This document shows, one piece after another, positions 35,647 through 46,370 of a DNA stretch of 64,000 bases. A model generated the notes under the pieces. It had not been told where the DNA came from. It saw only the letters and a program-made list of their open reading frames with translations, and searched no databases. The stretch is from an uncultured Smithella sp. (GTDB lineage Bacteria; Desulfobacterota; Syntrophia; Syntrophales; Smithellaceae): positions 52,248 to 116,247 of the forward strand of contig CAZIJZ010000001.1 of assembly GCA_964539765.1 (NCBI GenBank). Reading direction: 5' to 3'. The stretch's first letter is position 1, and each line of letters opens with the position of its first letter. The position numbers and the translations under genes are program-made.

Positions 35647-37680
35647 ATGAGGAAATCAATAATGGAAAGGCATAGCGATCATAGAACACCGAAACGGCGA
35701 ATGTCGTTTCCGGTTAAAAATATAGCAATCGTACTGGCTGTCATCAGTGTTGTATTCTTGATTACTTTTCTTCTTTACCAGAATGCTTTTTCTTCTCTTG
35801 CGCTTCAGGCATCCAGAATTAAAAACACCTTTGCTCATTACGCGCTCAAGGAAAAGCCGCAATTTTATTATCTGGAGCTGGAAAAAAACGGCAAGGATAT
35901 ACGTGTCGCAAGAAACGAAGTGCTGGAAGTTATGTATCGCGATGAATTCGTGGTCAAATCCGTGGTCAGCGACGATTTATCGGGCCGATACACCTATGTT
36001 AAATTTGACGGATTCAGCGGGCGGGATAATGATCTGGGCGTTTTGCTGAAGGGCATCGATTTTGTGAATCAGATTATCATGAAAGGAACGGGCAAAGAAA
36101 ATTCCGGCACGGTTGCCGATTATCATATTCTCGTAAATTATCGGGATGAGACGATAGCGACGGTGCCGATTAAAATTGTCATTACACCTCAGGACTGGTT
36201 TCGGTTCGCGAAAGATTCTTCCAACATTAATCAACAGATCGAGTATTTGAAGAAAGCAATCGCGCTTAACACTAACGATGTCAGCGTGCGTAAAATTCTG
36301 GCGGGAGTTTATGCCCGTCACGGCCAGCCGGACGAAGCGGGCAAACTGTATAGGGAAGTTCTGAGCATCAAACCCGATGATACGGTAGCCATGCTGGAAC
36401 TGGTAAAAATCAATGTCAAGCAAAAGCGATTCGATGATACCATCAAAATGGCCCGCGAAATCGTCAGAATAAATCCGAAGGAAACAGAGGCTTATCTGGC
36501 GCTGGGTCTTTCTCTGGAGGAAAAGAAATTATGGCCGCAGGCGGTTCAAAGCTATCGGGAGGCTGTCAAGTTGGAACCCAATAATTATTCAGCTAGGTTC
36601 CGGCTGGCTGAAGCCTACAAAAACAGCCGGATGCTGAAAGAGGCCGTCGAAGAATATAAATATATAGCCGGTCGCTCCCGGGAACCGGAACAGGCCTTAT
36701 TCGCCCTGGGCGATATTCATATGAAGCTTAAAAAAAATGATGAAGCCGCCGGATTTTACAAGGAAATTCTGAAGAGACAACCGAAAAATCCGGTTGCGCA
36801 TGCGAACCTGGCCGCTGCCTACGCCGGAAGCGGCAAAGGTCAGGAAGAACTCAACAGTCTTAAAAAAGCCGCTGCCCTGAATCCTAACGACCCGACCATC
36901 CGTTATAATCTCGGCGCCGTTTATGAAAGAAAAAAAATGTATGCCGACGCGGTCAAAGAATATGAAAAAGTGCTAAAAAGAAATCCGAACGACAACGACG
37001 CGCTGGAGCGTCTTGCCGACCTGGCGCTTAAAAACAGACAATATCGTCAGGCTGTAAAATATTACGAAAAGATAAAAACAAAATCGCCGCAGAGAGCGTC
37101 CGTTTATGCCGGGCTTGGTTATGCCTACGGTGAATTGAAGAAGTATAAGGAATCGATTGCCCATTATGAGAAAGCTATTCAGTGGGGTGCAAAAGATCCG
37201 ATTATACGCTACAACCTGGCGAGCACCTATGAAAAAACAGGCATGAGAAAGAAGGCTATTGCAACTTATGAAAAAATACCTTCTCCGACAAAGGAAATTT
37301 TGAGCGGTCTGGCCGATCTCCATTTGAAAGAAAAGAATTATCAGAAAGCCATTGGTATTTATCAAAGACTGGCCAAACTGGAGCCGAAGAAAGCCGGTGC
37401 TTACGCTAATCTGGGTTACGCTTATGCCGCTTCCGGCAATTGTGATCTGGCTATTAAAAATTATCAGATGGCGCTGAAATTCGATAGCGATGACGCTGAT
37501 ATTTATGATAACCTGGGCGAAGCTTACGAGAAAAAAGGACTCTATCCGAAAGCGCTGGAAACCTACAAAAAGGCGTATGCTTTGAATCCGGACTCGGCCA
37601 AAGCCGCTCAAAGAATACCCAGGTTGAATATAAAATTATTACAGGAAAAAACGCAGCAAAAGGCGGGGAGAGAAGAATAA
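35647..37680 (+). CDS. Membrane-anchored TPR-repeat protein
   Basis: 677 aa. One TM helix, then more than 12 TPR repeats (A..Y..AL.l.P....A...LG). Confidence 0.75.
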   Translation: MRKSIMERHSDHRTPKRRMSFPVKNIAIVLAVISVVFLITFLLYQNAFSSLALQASRIKNTFAHYALKEKPQFYYLELEKNGKDIRVARNEVLEVMYRDEFVVKSVVSDDLSGRYTYVKFDGFSGRDNDLGVLLKGIDFVNQIIMKGTGKENSGTVADYHILVNYRDETIATVPIKIVITPQDWFRFAKDSSNINQQIEYLKKAIALNTNDVSVRKILAGVYARHGQPDEAGKLYREVLSIKPDDTVAMLELVKINVKQKRFDDTIKMAREIVRINPKETEAYLALGLSLEEKKLWPQAVQSYREAVKLEPNNYSARFRLAEAYKNSRMLKEAVEEYKYIAGRSREPEQALFALGDIHMKLKKNDEAAGFYKEILKRQPKNPVAHANLAAAYAGSGKGQEELNSLKKAAALNPNDPTIRYNLGAVYERKKMYADAVKEYEKVLKRNPNDNDALERLADLALKNRQYRQAVKYYEKIKTKSPQRASVYAGLGYAYGELKKYKESIAHYEKAIQWGAKDPIIRYNLASTYEKTGMRKKAIATYEKIPSPTKEILSGLADLHLKEKNYQKAIGIYQRLAKLEPKKAGAYANLGYAYAASGNCDLAIKNYQMALKFDSDDADIYDNLGEAYEKKGLYPKALETYKKAYALNPDSAKAAQRIPRLNIKLLQEKTQQKAGREE

Positions 37681-38519
37681 TGAAAAAAATAAAAATAGGC
37701 GATTTTGTTGTGGGCGATAACAGGAAATTTATATTAATCGCCGGACCATGCGTTCTGGAAAATGAGAAGGCGGCGACGGATGTCGCACGGTATTTAAAAA
37801 AACTTACCGCAAAACTGAAAATACCGTTCATCTTTAAGGCTTCTTATGACAAGGCCAATCGCACTTCAATAAATTCTTACCGCGGTCCCGGATATGAAAA
37901 AGGTTTGGACATTTTACAGAACATCAGGGAAAAGCTGAACATCCCGGTGCTTTCGGATGTTCATCGCTTTGAAGAAATTGATAAAGCGGCCAGAGTTCTG
38001 GATGTCGTGCAGATACCCGCGTTTCTTTGCCGTCAGACTGATTTCATCACCGAAATAGCGAAAAAAGCGCGCGTCATCAACGTCAAAAAAGGACAGTTTC
38101 TGGCTCCCTGGGATGTGGCCAATATCATAGAGAAGGTGAAAAAAACAGGGAATGAGAATATCATGATGACGGAACGGGGAGCGACTTTCGGTTACAATAA
38201 CCTTGTTTTTGATGTTCGCTCGCTGCCGATCATGAGGGAAATGGGATATCCTGTAATTTTCGATGCTACCCATTCGGTACAATTACCGGGAGGGCAGGGA
38301 ACGTGTTCGGGCGGACAGCGCGATATGGTAAAATATCTGGCGCGGGCGGCCGTGGCCGCCGGTGTGGATGGCGTCTTTTTCGAGGTGCATCGTAATCCTG
38401 AAAATGCGCTTTGTGACGGCGCGAATTCATTATATCTGAGTTCTCTGGAAGACCTTCTCAAAACGCTGATTAAAATTGACGCTCTGGTAAAAGCGGGTTC
38501 GAATAAAAGAACAACGTAG
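37680..38519 (+). CDS. kdsA: 3-deoxy-8-phosphooctulonate synthase
   Basis: 279 aa. AGPCVLE, FKASYDKANR and DATHSVQLPGG motifs. Confidence 0.9.
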   Translation: MKKIKIGDFVVGDNRKFILIAGPCVLENEKAATDVARYLKKLTAKLKIPFIFKASYDKANRTSINSYRGPGYEKGLDILQNIREKLNIPVLSDVHRFEEIDKAARVLDVVQIPAFLCRQTDFITEIAKKARVINVKKGQFLAPWDVANIIEKVKKTGNENIMMTERGATFGYNNLVFDVRSLPIMREMGYPVIFDATHSVQLPGGQGTCSGGQRDMVKYLARAAVAAGVDGVFFEVHRNPENALCDGANSLYLSSLEDLLKTLIKIDALVKAGSNKRTT

Positions 38520-38549
38520 TGTAAATAAATTGTGAAGGATGAGTTTATC

Positions 38550-39086
38550 ATGAAAAAAAGTGTCCAAGAAAAACTTAAGAAGATAAAGATGCTGATGCTG
38601 GATATCGACGGCGTGATGACAGACGGTCGAATCATCATGGACGATGAGGGGAGAGAACTGAAAAATTTTAATGTGCGCGACGGACACGGATTAAAGGTTA
38701 TGCAGCGCTATGGCATTAAGGTTGCGATCATTACCGGTAGACAATCCAATCTCGTTAAACACCGGGCGAAGGATCTGGACATCAAGGACGTGTATCAGAA
38801 GGTTTTCAATAAAAAGGAAGTATTTGAGAAAATCCTGAAAAAACATAAATTATCTCCTGAAGAGACTGCTTTTATCGGCGATGATATCGTGGACATTCCC
38901 GTTTTGAAAAGAGTCGGGTTCTCCGTGGCGGTCGCCGATGCAGTTGATGTGGTGAAAAAGCAGGTTGATTATATAACCAGTCATGAGGGTGGAAAAGGTG
39001 CGGTAAGAGAGGTATGCGAAATGATCCTGAAAGCGCAGGAAAAATGGCCGGAGATTGCCGCCCGATACGAATTTCTCATTGACTGA
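38550..39086 (+). CDS. kdsC: KDO-8-phosphate phosphatase (HAD)
   Basis: LDIDGVMTDG and GDDIVDIP HAD motifs. The track start is GTG 38532; I prefer ATG 38550. Confidence 0.85.
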   Translation: MKKSVQEKLKKIKMLMLDIDGVMTDGRIIMDDEGRELKNFNVRDGHGLKVMQRYGIKVAIITGRQSNLVKHRAKDLDIKDVYQKVFNKKEVFEKILKKHKLSPEETAFIGDDIVDIPVLKRVGFSVAVADAVDVVKKQVDYITSHEGGKGAVREVCEMILKAQEKWPEIAARYEFLID

Positions 39087-39198
39087 ATAATATTAGTCAT
39101 CGTTTTTCCCTCAATAAATGTCTTCCTTTAGTCCTTAATACCTTTACACCCGGCATTCTGAGTGATATAATAAAATCAGATAAAATTATTGACGCAGG

Positions 39199-39768
39199 AT
39201 GCTCCGGATTGTGATGAAAATAAAAAGAAAAACGATCGTTATACTCTTAATAACAATAGTTTTTCTGGCAGTTCTCATTGCCGTGCTTTTCATAGCCAGA
39301 GGCAACGTACATAAACAAAAAAATATCGTAAATGCTTTGCAGGACAGCGTTGATCTGCAAATTAAAGGTTTCGTTTACACGGAAGTCGGTAAAGGCATCG
39401 ATAAAATGGAGGTTAAAGCGGAATCCGCAACATATGACAAGAAACAAAATCGGGCTGTTTTGAAACAGGTTCGGATGAAGTTGATAACGTCCGATGGTAA
39501 GGTGTTTGAAATGAAAGCCGATAGCGGTCGTCTTCTAACGGATACCAGGAATATCGAGATCAACGGCAATGTTGTTTTAAACACGGACGCAGGGGACCGG
39601 TTTTTTACCGATTATATAAAATACAGCGATGCTGAAAAAAAATTTCACACGGATGCTCCGGTGATTATGGAAAGCAAGCGCATCAGAATAACCGGTCGGG
39701 GGTTGATAATCTATCTGAACAGGGGGGAATTGAAAATTCCCGCGATGGTCAGGGCAAAAATCAACTGA
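39199..39768 (+). CDS. lptC: LPS export protein LptC
   Basis: 189 aa. TM anchor, OstA-like beta-jellyroll sequence, and the kdsC-lptC-lptA-lptB context. The start could be 39214. Confidence 0.65.
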   Translation: MLRIVMKIKRKTIVILLITIVFLAVLIAVLFIARGNVHKQKNIVNALQDSVDLQIKGFVYTEVGKGIDKMEVKAESATYDKKQNRAVLKQVRMKLITSDGKVFEMKADSGRLLTDTRNIEINGNVVLNTDAGDRFFTDYIKYSDAEKKFHTDAPVIMESKRIRITGRGLIIYLNRGELKIPAMVRAKIN

Positions 39769-39775
39769 GAAGATA

Positions 39776-40330
39776 ATGATCAATCAAAAGATTTATATAT
39801 TGTTTTTGCTTGTGCTGTTCATCGTATATTCCGAAGCTCATGCTGGGCAGAATATACTTAGCAAAAAGCAGGACAAACCGATGGAAATCACCTCCAGCAG
39901 GATGGAAGCCTTTCGAGGCAGCAAGCTGATGGTGTTTTCCGGCGATGCGGCTGTGAGGCAGGGTAACAGCGTTCTGAAAGCAGACAGGCTGCTTCTCTAT
40001 TATAAAAAAGGTCCTGACAAAAAAATAAACGGGAAGGCAGATGCAGGCGAAACCGGAAATCTGGAAAAAATCGAAGCAAAGGGCCATGTTTCTATTGTTC
40101 AGGAAAACAGAAAGGCAACCGGCAATGAGGCTGTATATTTTCAGGACAGCAACAAGGTGATCTTGACCGGCAATGCCGTGTTGAACGAAGGAAAAAGCTC
40201 GATCAGGGGAGAGAGAGTCATCATCCTGCTCGATGAAAACAGAGGCATTGTGGAGAGCGGTGAACAAAAAAAGGTGAAAGCGGTCATTTATCCGCAGGAT
40301 CATAAAAAAATGGAATCAAATAAAAAATGA
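39776..40330 (+). CDS. lptA: LPS transport periplasmic protein LptA (OstA-like)
   Basis: 184 aa. Signal peptide, ITS..me......vF.G.V........l.AD motif pattern, and context. Confidence 0.7.
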   Translation: MINQKIYILFLLVLFIVYSEAHAGQNILSKKQDKPMEITSSRMEAFRGSKLMVFSGDAAVRQGNSVLKADRLLLYYKKGPDKKINGKADAGETGNLEKIEAKGHVSIVQENRKATGNEAVYFQDSNKVILTGNAVLNEGKSSIRGERVIILLDENRGIVESGEQKKVKAVIYPQDHKKMESNKK

Positions 40331-40349
40331 AATTTGATAATTGGAGAAA

Positions 40350-41072
40350 ATGAGCGACTTAACGGCTAAAGGTTTAACGAAAATTTACAACAAGCGCAAG
40401 GTTGTCAACCGGATTGATTTATCCATTTCACCGGGCGAGGTTGTCGGTCTCCTCGGCCCCAACGGAGCGGGAAAAACAACAACCTTTTACATGATCGTCG
40501 GTCTGGTCAAACCGGATGGAGGAGAGATTTTTCTGGACGGAGAAAATATCACCGGGTTACCCATGTATTTAAGAGCGCGCAAAGGTTTGAATTATCTGCC
40601 GCAAGAGCCTTCCATATTCAGAAAACTGACTGTCGAAGAAAATATTCTGGCCATTCTGGAAACGCTGGATTTGAATGAGGAGGGACGGATAGAACGTCTC
40701 CGTGAACTGCTCAATGAACTTGATCTGACTGCTCTGGCCAAGAACCACGCTTATTCCCTGTCCGGAGGAGAAAGAAGACGGGTGGAAATTACACGCGCGC
40801 TGGTTACGTCGCCCAAGTATATTCTTCTGGATGAACCGTTTGCCGGGATCGATCCCCTGGCCGTTGCCGATATCCAGAAAATCATAGAAAAACTGAAAGC
40901 CAAGGGCATCGGGATAATTATTTCTGATCATAATGTGCGGGAAACCCTCTCCTGCTGCGACCGGGCTTATATCGTCAATGAAGGGGCCATTCTGGTGGAA
41001 GGGGCGCCGGACGAAATCGCCCAAAGTGAACTGGCCCGAAAATTTTATTTCGGAGAATCTTTTAATTTATAA
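40350..41072 (+). CDS. lptB: LPS export ABC transporter ATPase LptB
   Basis: GPNGAGKTT Walker A, LSGGERRR signature, LLDEPFAG Walker B. Confidence 0.9.
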   Translation: MSDLTAKGLTKIYNKRKVVNRIDLSISPGEVVGLLGPNGAGKTTTFYMIVGLVKPDGGEIFLDGENITGLPMYLRARKGLNYLPQEPSIFRKLTVEENILAILETLDLNEEGRIERLRELLNELDLTALAKNHAYSLSGGERRRVEITRALVTSPKYILLDEPFAGIDPLAVADIQKIIEKLKAKGIGIIISDHNVRETLSCCDRAYIVNEGAILVEGAPDEIAQSELARKFYFGESFNL

Positions 41073-41098
41073 AACATTTCGGCAGATGATTTCTGATT

Positions 41099-42574
41099 AT
41101 GGCATTTGAGTTAAAACAAAATCTGAAACTTTCCCAGCAGTTGATTATGACTCCTCAACTGCAGCAGGCAATAAAATTGTTGCAGTTGTCCCGTCAGGAA
41201 CTCGTTGAAGCAATCAATCAGGAAATGGAAGAAAATCCATTGCTGGAAGAAATTTCTCCCGACGAGGGCATGGATGAAGAGGCCGGCGGTGATGATGAGC
41301 GGGATGTGCTTTCTGCGGAACGCGACAATATCAAAGTCGTTGAGCACACGGAAGAGATCAATGTTGAAAAAGGAGCCGGAACAGAAGAATTTGACTGGGC
41401 TAATTATCTGGAGGACTATGGGCCGGTTGGCGTCACTTACGGCGGCAAGGACGGCGAGGAAACATCCTGGGATAATGTTCTGACGGAGGGACAGTCGCTG
41501 ACGAAGCATCTGATCTGGCAGATGACCCTGTCATCCTTGCCGGAAGAGGAGAGAAATGTCTGTAATCAGATTATCGGTAATCTGGATCAAAACGGTTATC
41601 TTCGCGCGACAGTTCCGGAAATTGCGCAACTGGAAAATGTCAGTGAAGAATTTGTGGAAAGTGTGCTGAAAAAAGTTCAGGAATTCGATCCTCCGGGGAT
41701 TGCGGCCCGTAATCTCCAGGAATGTCTGTTGATTCAGGCCCGAATGCTGGGTGTAAAAAACAAGATTATTGAAGTGATCATCAGGGAATACCTGAAAGAA
41801 CTGGAATTGAAAAACTATGTACACATCGCGCATAAGTTGAAAGTCCCCCTGCGGGAAGTGGAAGTCGCGGTGTTGTTGATCAGTGGGATGAATCCCAAAC
41901 CGGGAAGCCTGTATTCCGAAGAAAAGATTCAGCCGATCATTCCGGATGTCTATGTCGTAAAATCAGGCGATGAATATAAAATAATTCTCAATGATGATGG
42001 TTTGCCGCGATTGCGCATCAGTAATTTTTACCGTGAAATTATGGCCGGGACTTCCAATCACAGTCATGACGATGCGGAAAACGGCAAAAAATACATCAAG
42101 GATAAAGTTCAATCGGCGACCTGGTTGATCAAAAGTATTCAACAGCGGCAGAACACTATTTATAAAGTGGCCGAAAGCATCGTTAAATTTCAAAAAGATT
42201 TTTTTGACGGAGGAATTGATTTTCTTAAACCGCTTGTTTTGCGCGATGTTGCCAGTGACATCGAAATGCATGAATCAACCATCAGTCGCGTGGTCAATAA
42301 TAAATACATGCATTCGCCGCAGGGAATTTTTGAAATGAAATACTTCTTCGGCAGTTCGATCAGGACGACCTCCGCAGGCACGATAGCTTCCAAAAGCGTC
42401 AAGGAGGAAATTAAGCAGATCATCAGTTCGGAAAAACCTCGAAAACCCTACAGCGATTGCGAAATTGTCGATTTGCTGAAAGGCAAGGGTGTGAATATCG
42501 CCAGACGCACCGTCGCCAAATACAGAGAAATGATGGGAATTCTTCCCTCTTCGAAAAGAAAGAAATATTTTTAG
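41099..42574 (+). CDS. rpoN: RNA polymerase sigma-54 factor
   Basis: 491 aa. N-terminal LKQ.L.L.QQL..TPQLQQAIKLLQL, and the C-terminal RpoN box ARRTVAKYR. Confidence 0.95.
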   Translation: MAFELKQNLKLSQQLIMTPQLQQAIKLLQLSRQELVEAINQEMEENPLLEEISPDEGMDEEAGGDDERDVLSAERDNIKVVEHTEEINVEKGAGTEEFDWANYLEDYGPVGVTYGGKDGEETSWDNVLTEGQSLTKHLIWQMTLSSLPEEERNVCNQIIGNLDQNGYLRATVPEIAQLENVSEEFVESVLKKVQEFDPPGIAARNLQECLLIQARMLGVKNKIIEVIIREYLKELELKNYVHIAHKLKVPLREVEVAVLLISGMNPKPGSLYSEEKIQPIIPDVYVVKSGDEYKIILNDDGLPRLRISNFYREIMAGTSNHSHDDAENGKKYIKDKVQSATWLIKSIQQRQNTIYKVAESIVKFQKDFFDGGIDFLKPLVLRDVASDIEMHESTISRVVNNKYMHSPQGIFEMKYFFGSSIRTTSAGTIASKSVKEEIKQIISSEKPRKPYSDCEIVDLLKGKGVNIARRTVAKYREMMGILPSSKRKKYF

Positions 42575-42614
42575 CGTTTTGGCGGGATTCGGCAGGGAGG
42601 AGGTAAAATTTTGA

Positions 42615-42643
42615 TTGACTTTTGGTTTTTACCTCACTATATG
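42615..42643 (+). promoter_or_regulatory. Putative sigma-70 promoter upstream of hpf
   Basis: TTGACT (42615-42620), 17 nt, TATATG (42638-42643). Confidence 0.4.
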
Positions 42644-42732
42644 ACGAACCTCTTTATTGCCGGCTCGAAGAACGTTTCACATTCAACGGAGATTGTCAGG
42701 AGAACAATTAAATTAATCAAGGAGGAACAATT

Positions 42733-43263
42733 ATGAAAATTTCGGTAACTTTCCGAAACGGTGAAGGAGAGAACTGGCAAAAAGTTTACGCTGAAGAAAA
42801 AATGCAGAAACTTAAAAAATATCTGGATGCACCCGCCGAAGCTCATATTGTTGTTTCCATAGAAAAATTCAGAAATGTTACAGAAATTAATTTAAACTCG
42901 AACGGATGGAATATAAACGCTAAAGAAGAAGCCAAAGACATGCGCGTCGCATTCGACCGATGCGTGGAAAAAATTGAAAAACAGCTCAAGAAACAACGGG
43001 AAAAGATAAGAGAACATAAACCCAAAAGCATCAGACGATCTCAGGAAAAACAGGTTTCCGCGGATGAGACGGATGAGACAACGGCAAACAAATTGATGGA
43101 GACCCGGAAAATTATTTTAAAACCGATGTCCTTTGATGAAGCCATTATGGAACTGGAAGAAGGCAATGACCGGTTTATCCTGTACAGGGATTCTTCATCG
43201 GAAAACGTCAGCATGATTTACCGCCGTGATGACGGTAATTACACCCTGATCGAAACGAATTAA
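42733..43263 (+). CDS. hpf: Ribosome hibernation promoting factor (long HPF)
   Basis: 176 aa. The N-terminal YfiA/HPF domain starts MKISVTFRNGE. There is a C-terminal dimerisation domain, and the gene sits downstream of rpoN. Confidence 0.9.
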   Translation: MKISVTFRNGEGENWQKVYAEEKMQKLKKYLDAPAEAHIVVSIEKFRNVTEINLNSNGWNINAKEEAKDMRVAFDRCVEKIEKQLKKQREKIREHKPKSIRRSQEKQVSADETDETTANKLMETRKIILKPMSFDEAIMELEEGNDRFILYRDSSSENVSMIYRRDDGNYTLIETN

Positions 43264-43323
43264 AAAAGAAGACGTTTGGTTTTTGATCGGGGAGACGATC
43301 GGGATTTTTCTTTGGTTTGGATA

Positions 43324-43791
43324 ATGCAGTTAAATCAGATTTTTAAAATGGAATATATTAACGCCAGTTTGTCGGCCCAGGGCAAGGACGAAGCCCTGGC
43401 GGAACTGGTTAATGTTGTCATGGGCGGCGGACTGCAATTGAACCGATCTGCGATCATCGATATTTTAAAGCAGCGGGAAAGTCTTGGCTCTACGGGAATA
43501 GGAGAGGGCGTGGCCATTCCCCATGGTAAAATATCCTCTCTTAATGAAATTGTTGTGGCCTTCGGACGCAGCGGACGTGGCATCGCCTATGATTCACTGG
43601 ACGGAAAGCCCGTTCATCTTTTTTTTATGCTGCTCGCGCCTGAGAATTCCGCCGGTCAGCATTTGAAGATTCTGGCGAAAATATCCAAAATGCTTAAAGA
43701 CGTTAACTTCCGCAATAAACTTTTAGAAGCAAAATCCCGGGACGAATTGTATAAGATCATCATCGAACAGGAAAGCAATTGCATTGTTTGA
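43324..43791 (+). CDS. ptsN: PTS IIA-like nitrogen regulatory protein PtsN
   Basis: GIGEGVAIPHGK phospho-His motif. The start is at ATG 43324; the track start is TTG 43276. Confidence 0.85.
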   Translation: MQLNQIFKMEYINASLSAQGKDEALAELVNVVMGGGLQLNRSAIIDILKQRESLGSTGIGEGVAIPHGKISSLNEIVVAFGRSGRGIAYDSLDGKPVHLFFMLLAPENSAGQHLKILAKISKMLKDVNFRNKLLEAKSRDELYKIIIEQESNCIV

Positions 43792-43836
43792 AAGCTAAAA
43801 AAGCGTCGAAAGTATATTCCTAACGACCCCCAAACC

Positions 43837-43872
43837 AAGCCGCAGAACTTAATCAATTTTGCGGCTTTTTTA
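43837..43872 (+). terminator. Intrinsic terminator after ptsN
   Basis: AAGCCGCA (43837-43844) / TGCGGCTT (43860-43867) stem followed by a T-run. Confidence 0.6.
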
Positions 43873-43932
43873 TTTGTTGTAAAATCGATGAAAACTATGT
43901 TAAAAAAACTGCAAACTTAAGGAAAATTAAAA

Positions 43933-44799
43933 ATGAAGAATTTGAGGGTGGTTATCATAACAGGCCTCTCCGGTTCCGGTAAAAGTACGGCGCTGCGGGC
44001 TCTGGAAGATGTCGGATTCTTTTGTGTCGATAATCTGCCGGTCATTCTTCTGCCGAAATTCCTTTCCATTACGATTGCTTCTTCGCCGGAGATCAAGCAA
44101 GTGGCTCTGGTTATGGATTTACGCCAAAGGAGCTTTCTGGATAAGTACAGTCGGATTTTTGCGAACTTGAAAAAGAAGGGATACAAGATAGAAATCATTT
44201 TTCTCGAGTCCAGCGACGAGTCCCTTGTCCATCGTTTCAGCGAAACCAGACGCGTTCATCCGCTTCTGGAAAGAGGAGTCATCATGGAAGGAATTTTACT
44301 GGAACGGGAAAAGTTATCTTCCTTGAAGAAAATGGCGGATAAGGTAATCGATACAACTTCTTTTAACGTACATCAATTGAAGGAAGTTGTTCAACGGTAT
44401 TTCTCGGTTTTTTCAAAAAACAAAAGAATGGTCATCAATGTAAAATCTTTTGGCTATCGTTACGGATTGCCGGTGGATGCCGACCTTGTTTTCGATGTCA
44501 GATTTCTCCCCAATCCTTATTTTATCGAAAATCTGAAGAATTTCGACGGTAATAATAAAGAGGTGCAGAATTACGTTTTACGCAACAAGGAAAGCAAACA
44601 ATTTTTTGAAAAGATCAAAGAATTGATGAATTTGTTAATTCCTCTTTATGAAAAAGAGGGCAAGGTTCTTCTCAATATTGCCTTGGGTTGCACGGGAGGG
44701 AAACACCGTTCCGTCGTCATGGCCAATAAATTAAGCTCTTTTTGTTCCTCGATGAAGTACTTGGTTAACGTGAATCATCGGGACGTGAACAAAAACTGA
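43933..44799 (+). CDS. rapZ: RNase adapter protein RapZ
   Basis: 288 aa. [29 protein letters not shown]-terminus and [10 protein letters not shown] motif. Confidence 0.9.
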   Translation: MKNLRVVIITGLSGSGKSTALRALEDVGFFCVDNLPVILLPKFLSITIASSPEIKQVALVMDLRQRSFLDKYSRIFANLKKKGYKIEIIFLESSDESLVHRFSETRRVHPLLERGVIMEGILLEREKLSSLKKMADKVIDTTSFNVHQLKEVVQRYFSVFSKNKRMVINVKSFGYRYGLPVDADLVFDVRFLPNPYFIENLKNFDGNNKEVQNYVLRNKESKQFFEKIKELMNLLIPLYEKEGKVLLNIALGCTGGKHRSVVMANKLSSFCSSMKYLVNVNHRDVNKN

Positions 44800-44829
44800 G
44801 AACGGCAATCCTATCTTTAAAAAATCAGA

Positions 44830-46143
44830 CTATCGGTTTATATTGTCTTTAATCCAGTGATCATCCCACCATTCCTTCGGATCGACAAATTTTCCGCCGA
44901 CAATAATGCTGAAATGGAGATGATCGCCACCGGCCAGTCCGGACATCCCGGAAAGGCCGATTTTTTCGCCTTTTGCCACGGTTTTGCCGACGGTCGTATC
45001 GATGGAAGACAAATGAGCGTAGAGGGTGAACAGGCCCAAACCATGGTCGATAATAACCGTATTGCCGTAAATTCCCAAAGCTCCGGTAAAGACCACAATG
45101 CCCTTATTAGAAGCTTCGATCGGACTGCGGGCGTTGGATGCCAGATCCACGCCTTCATGCGTGGATTCTGCGACAACTTTTCCATTATAAACATAACTAC
45201 GTTTGTCACCGAAAAGGGCCATCGGAGCCGCATCTTTCATCCTGAGGAAGCTGCCTTCCCAAAGTTCTTTGGATGTTGATTTCTGACAAATCTTTTGTAT
45301 GGCCAAAAAATTTTCATTACGCATTTGAGAATTTACGTAAACAAACACTTCCAGAGGCGTTTTGCCCTGCAGCGAGGGAACCATGGCCTGGAACTCCGGC
45401 ATTTTCTGCCGGAGAAAATTTTCACTGAGATTCATTTTATCAGCGCGGAATTTCTTTTCCTTAATCACGCAGGGCACGCCCACATTTGTTTCATTGCCGG
45501 CTTCATCGCGGGCAAAAATCATAATGCTTGTTGATGTCTTGTCCGCATTCATCGGCAATGCAAAATAAGTGATATATGCGGGTTTGTTGTCGATGACGAT
45601 AGCATGGGCGGGGGACAGGTAATTGTTAATATATACTCCCGTGGAGGTAAGGGCTTTGGACGGCTGATAGGCGACAAAACCCGTTCCGCCCTGATTGATG
45701 TAATTTATATTTTTGACAAGATTGATCAACGGTGGCACCGTATCGATTTTCGTTGCCAGTGAAACCACCGCTTTATTTTTGAAAAGAGAATGATCGGTCG
45801 CCGTTATTTTAAGTTCGGCCGGCCCGTCATGAAGTCCAAGTTCTCCGGCGCTGATGTTCAACGCCAATCTTTCCTGAGCGTTACCCTTTTGGGGGATACG
45901 CTTATCGGCAAGAATCTTTCCCTTGTTGTCCTGAACGATTTCGGCGGTTATTCGGGAGAGGCCGCTGCTGGAATCGGAAAAATTAATCGTGACGGTTTTT
46001 TGCCGGCCGATCGCTTTAACATCCTGATCAAGCTTGATGGAAGGCTTTCCCAGTTCAATATGATTGCCGAAAATAAACCAGCCGACAGCGGCGACAATTA
46101 AAACCGCGATGATGATTTTATAATCAAAACGAAACCATTTCAT
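44830..46143 (-). CDS. M23-family peptidoglycan endopeptidase
   Basis: 437 aa. TM anchor and C-terminal HEGVDLA...GDHLHFS M23 motifs. Confidence 0.8.
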   Translation of the reverse strand: MKWFRFDYKIIIAVLIVAAVGWFIFGNHIELGKPSIKLDQDVKAIGRQKTVTINFSDSSSGLSRITAEIVQDNKGKILADKRIPQKGNAQERLALNISAGELGLHDGPAELKITATDHSLFKNKAVVSLATKIDTVPPLINLVKNINYINQGGTGFVAYQPSKALTSTGVYINNYLSPAHAIVIDNKPAYITYFALPMNADKTSTSIMIFARDEAGNETNVGVPCVIKEKKFRADKMNLSENFLRQKMPEFQAMVPSLQGKTPLEVFVYVNSQMRNENFLAIQKICQKSTSKELWEGSFLRMKDAAPMALFGDKRSYVYNGKVVAESTHEGVDLASNARSPIEASNKGIVVFTGALGIYGNTVIIDHGLGLFTLYAHLSSIDTTVGKTVAKGEKIGLSGMSGLAGGDHLHFSIIVGGKFVDPKEWWDDHWIKDNINR

Positions 46144-46268
46144 GATAATCTCCTAACGTTGTGATATACAGGTGATGGCGCGGCTTATAATAACTTTTTC
46201 ATGGTTTTGCAAGGTAAATTCCTCGGAACCATTGAGAAAAGTTTTCCCGCGGCAAAGTTAATTATGCC

Positions 46269-46297
46269 TTGATATTGTAAAAAAGCATTGTTATATT
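46269..46297 (+). promoter_or_regulatory. Putative sigma-70 promoter upstream of coaBC
   Basis: TTGATA (46269-46274), 17 nt, TATATT (46292-46297). Confidence 0.45.
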
Positions 46298-46370
46298 CTT
46301 TATTAAGAGTCGTATTCATTCGGCTGTATTCATCAAAATCAGACATAAATTATTGGAAAGTTGGATCGAT

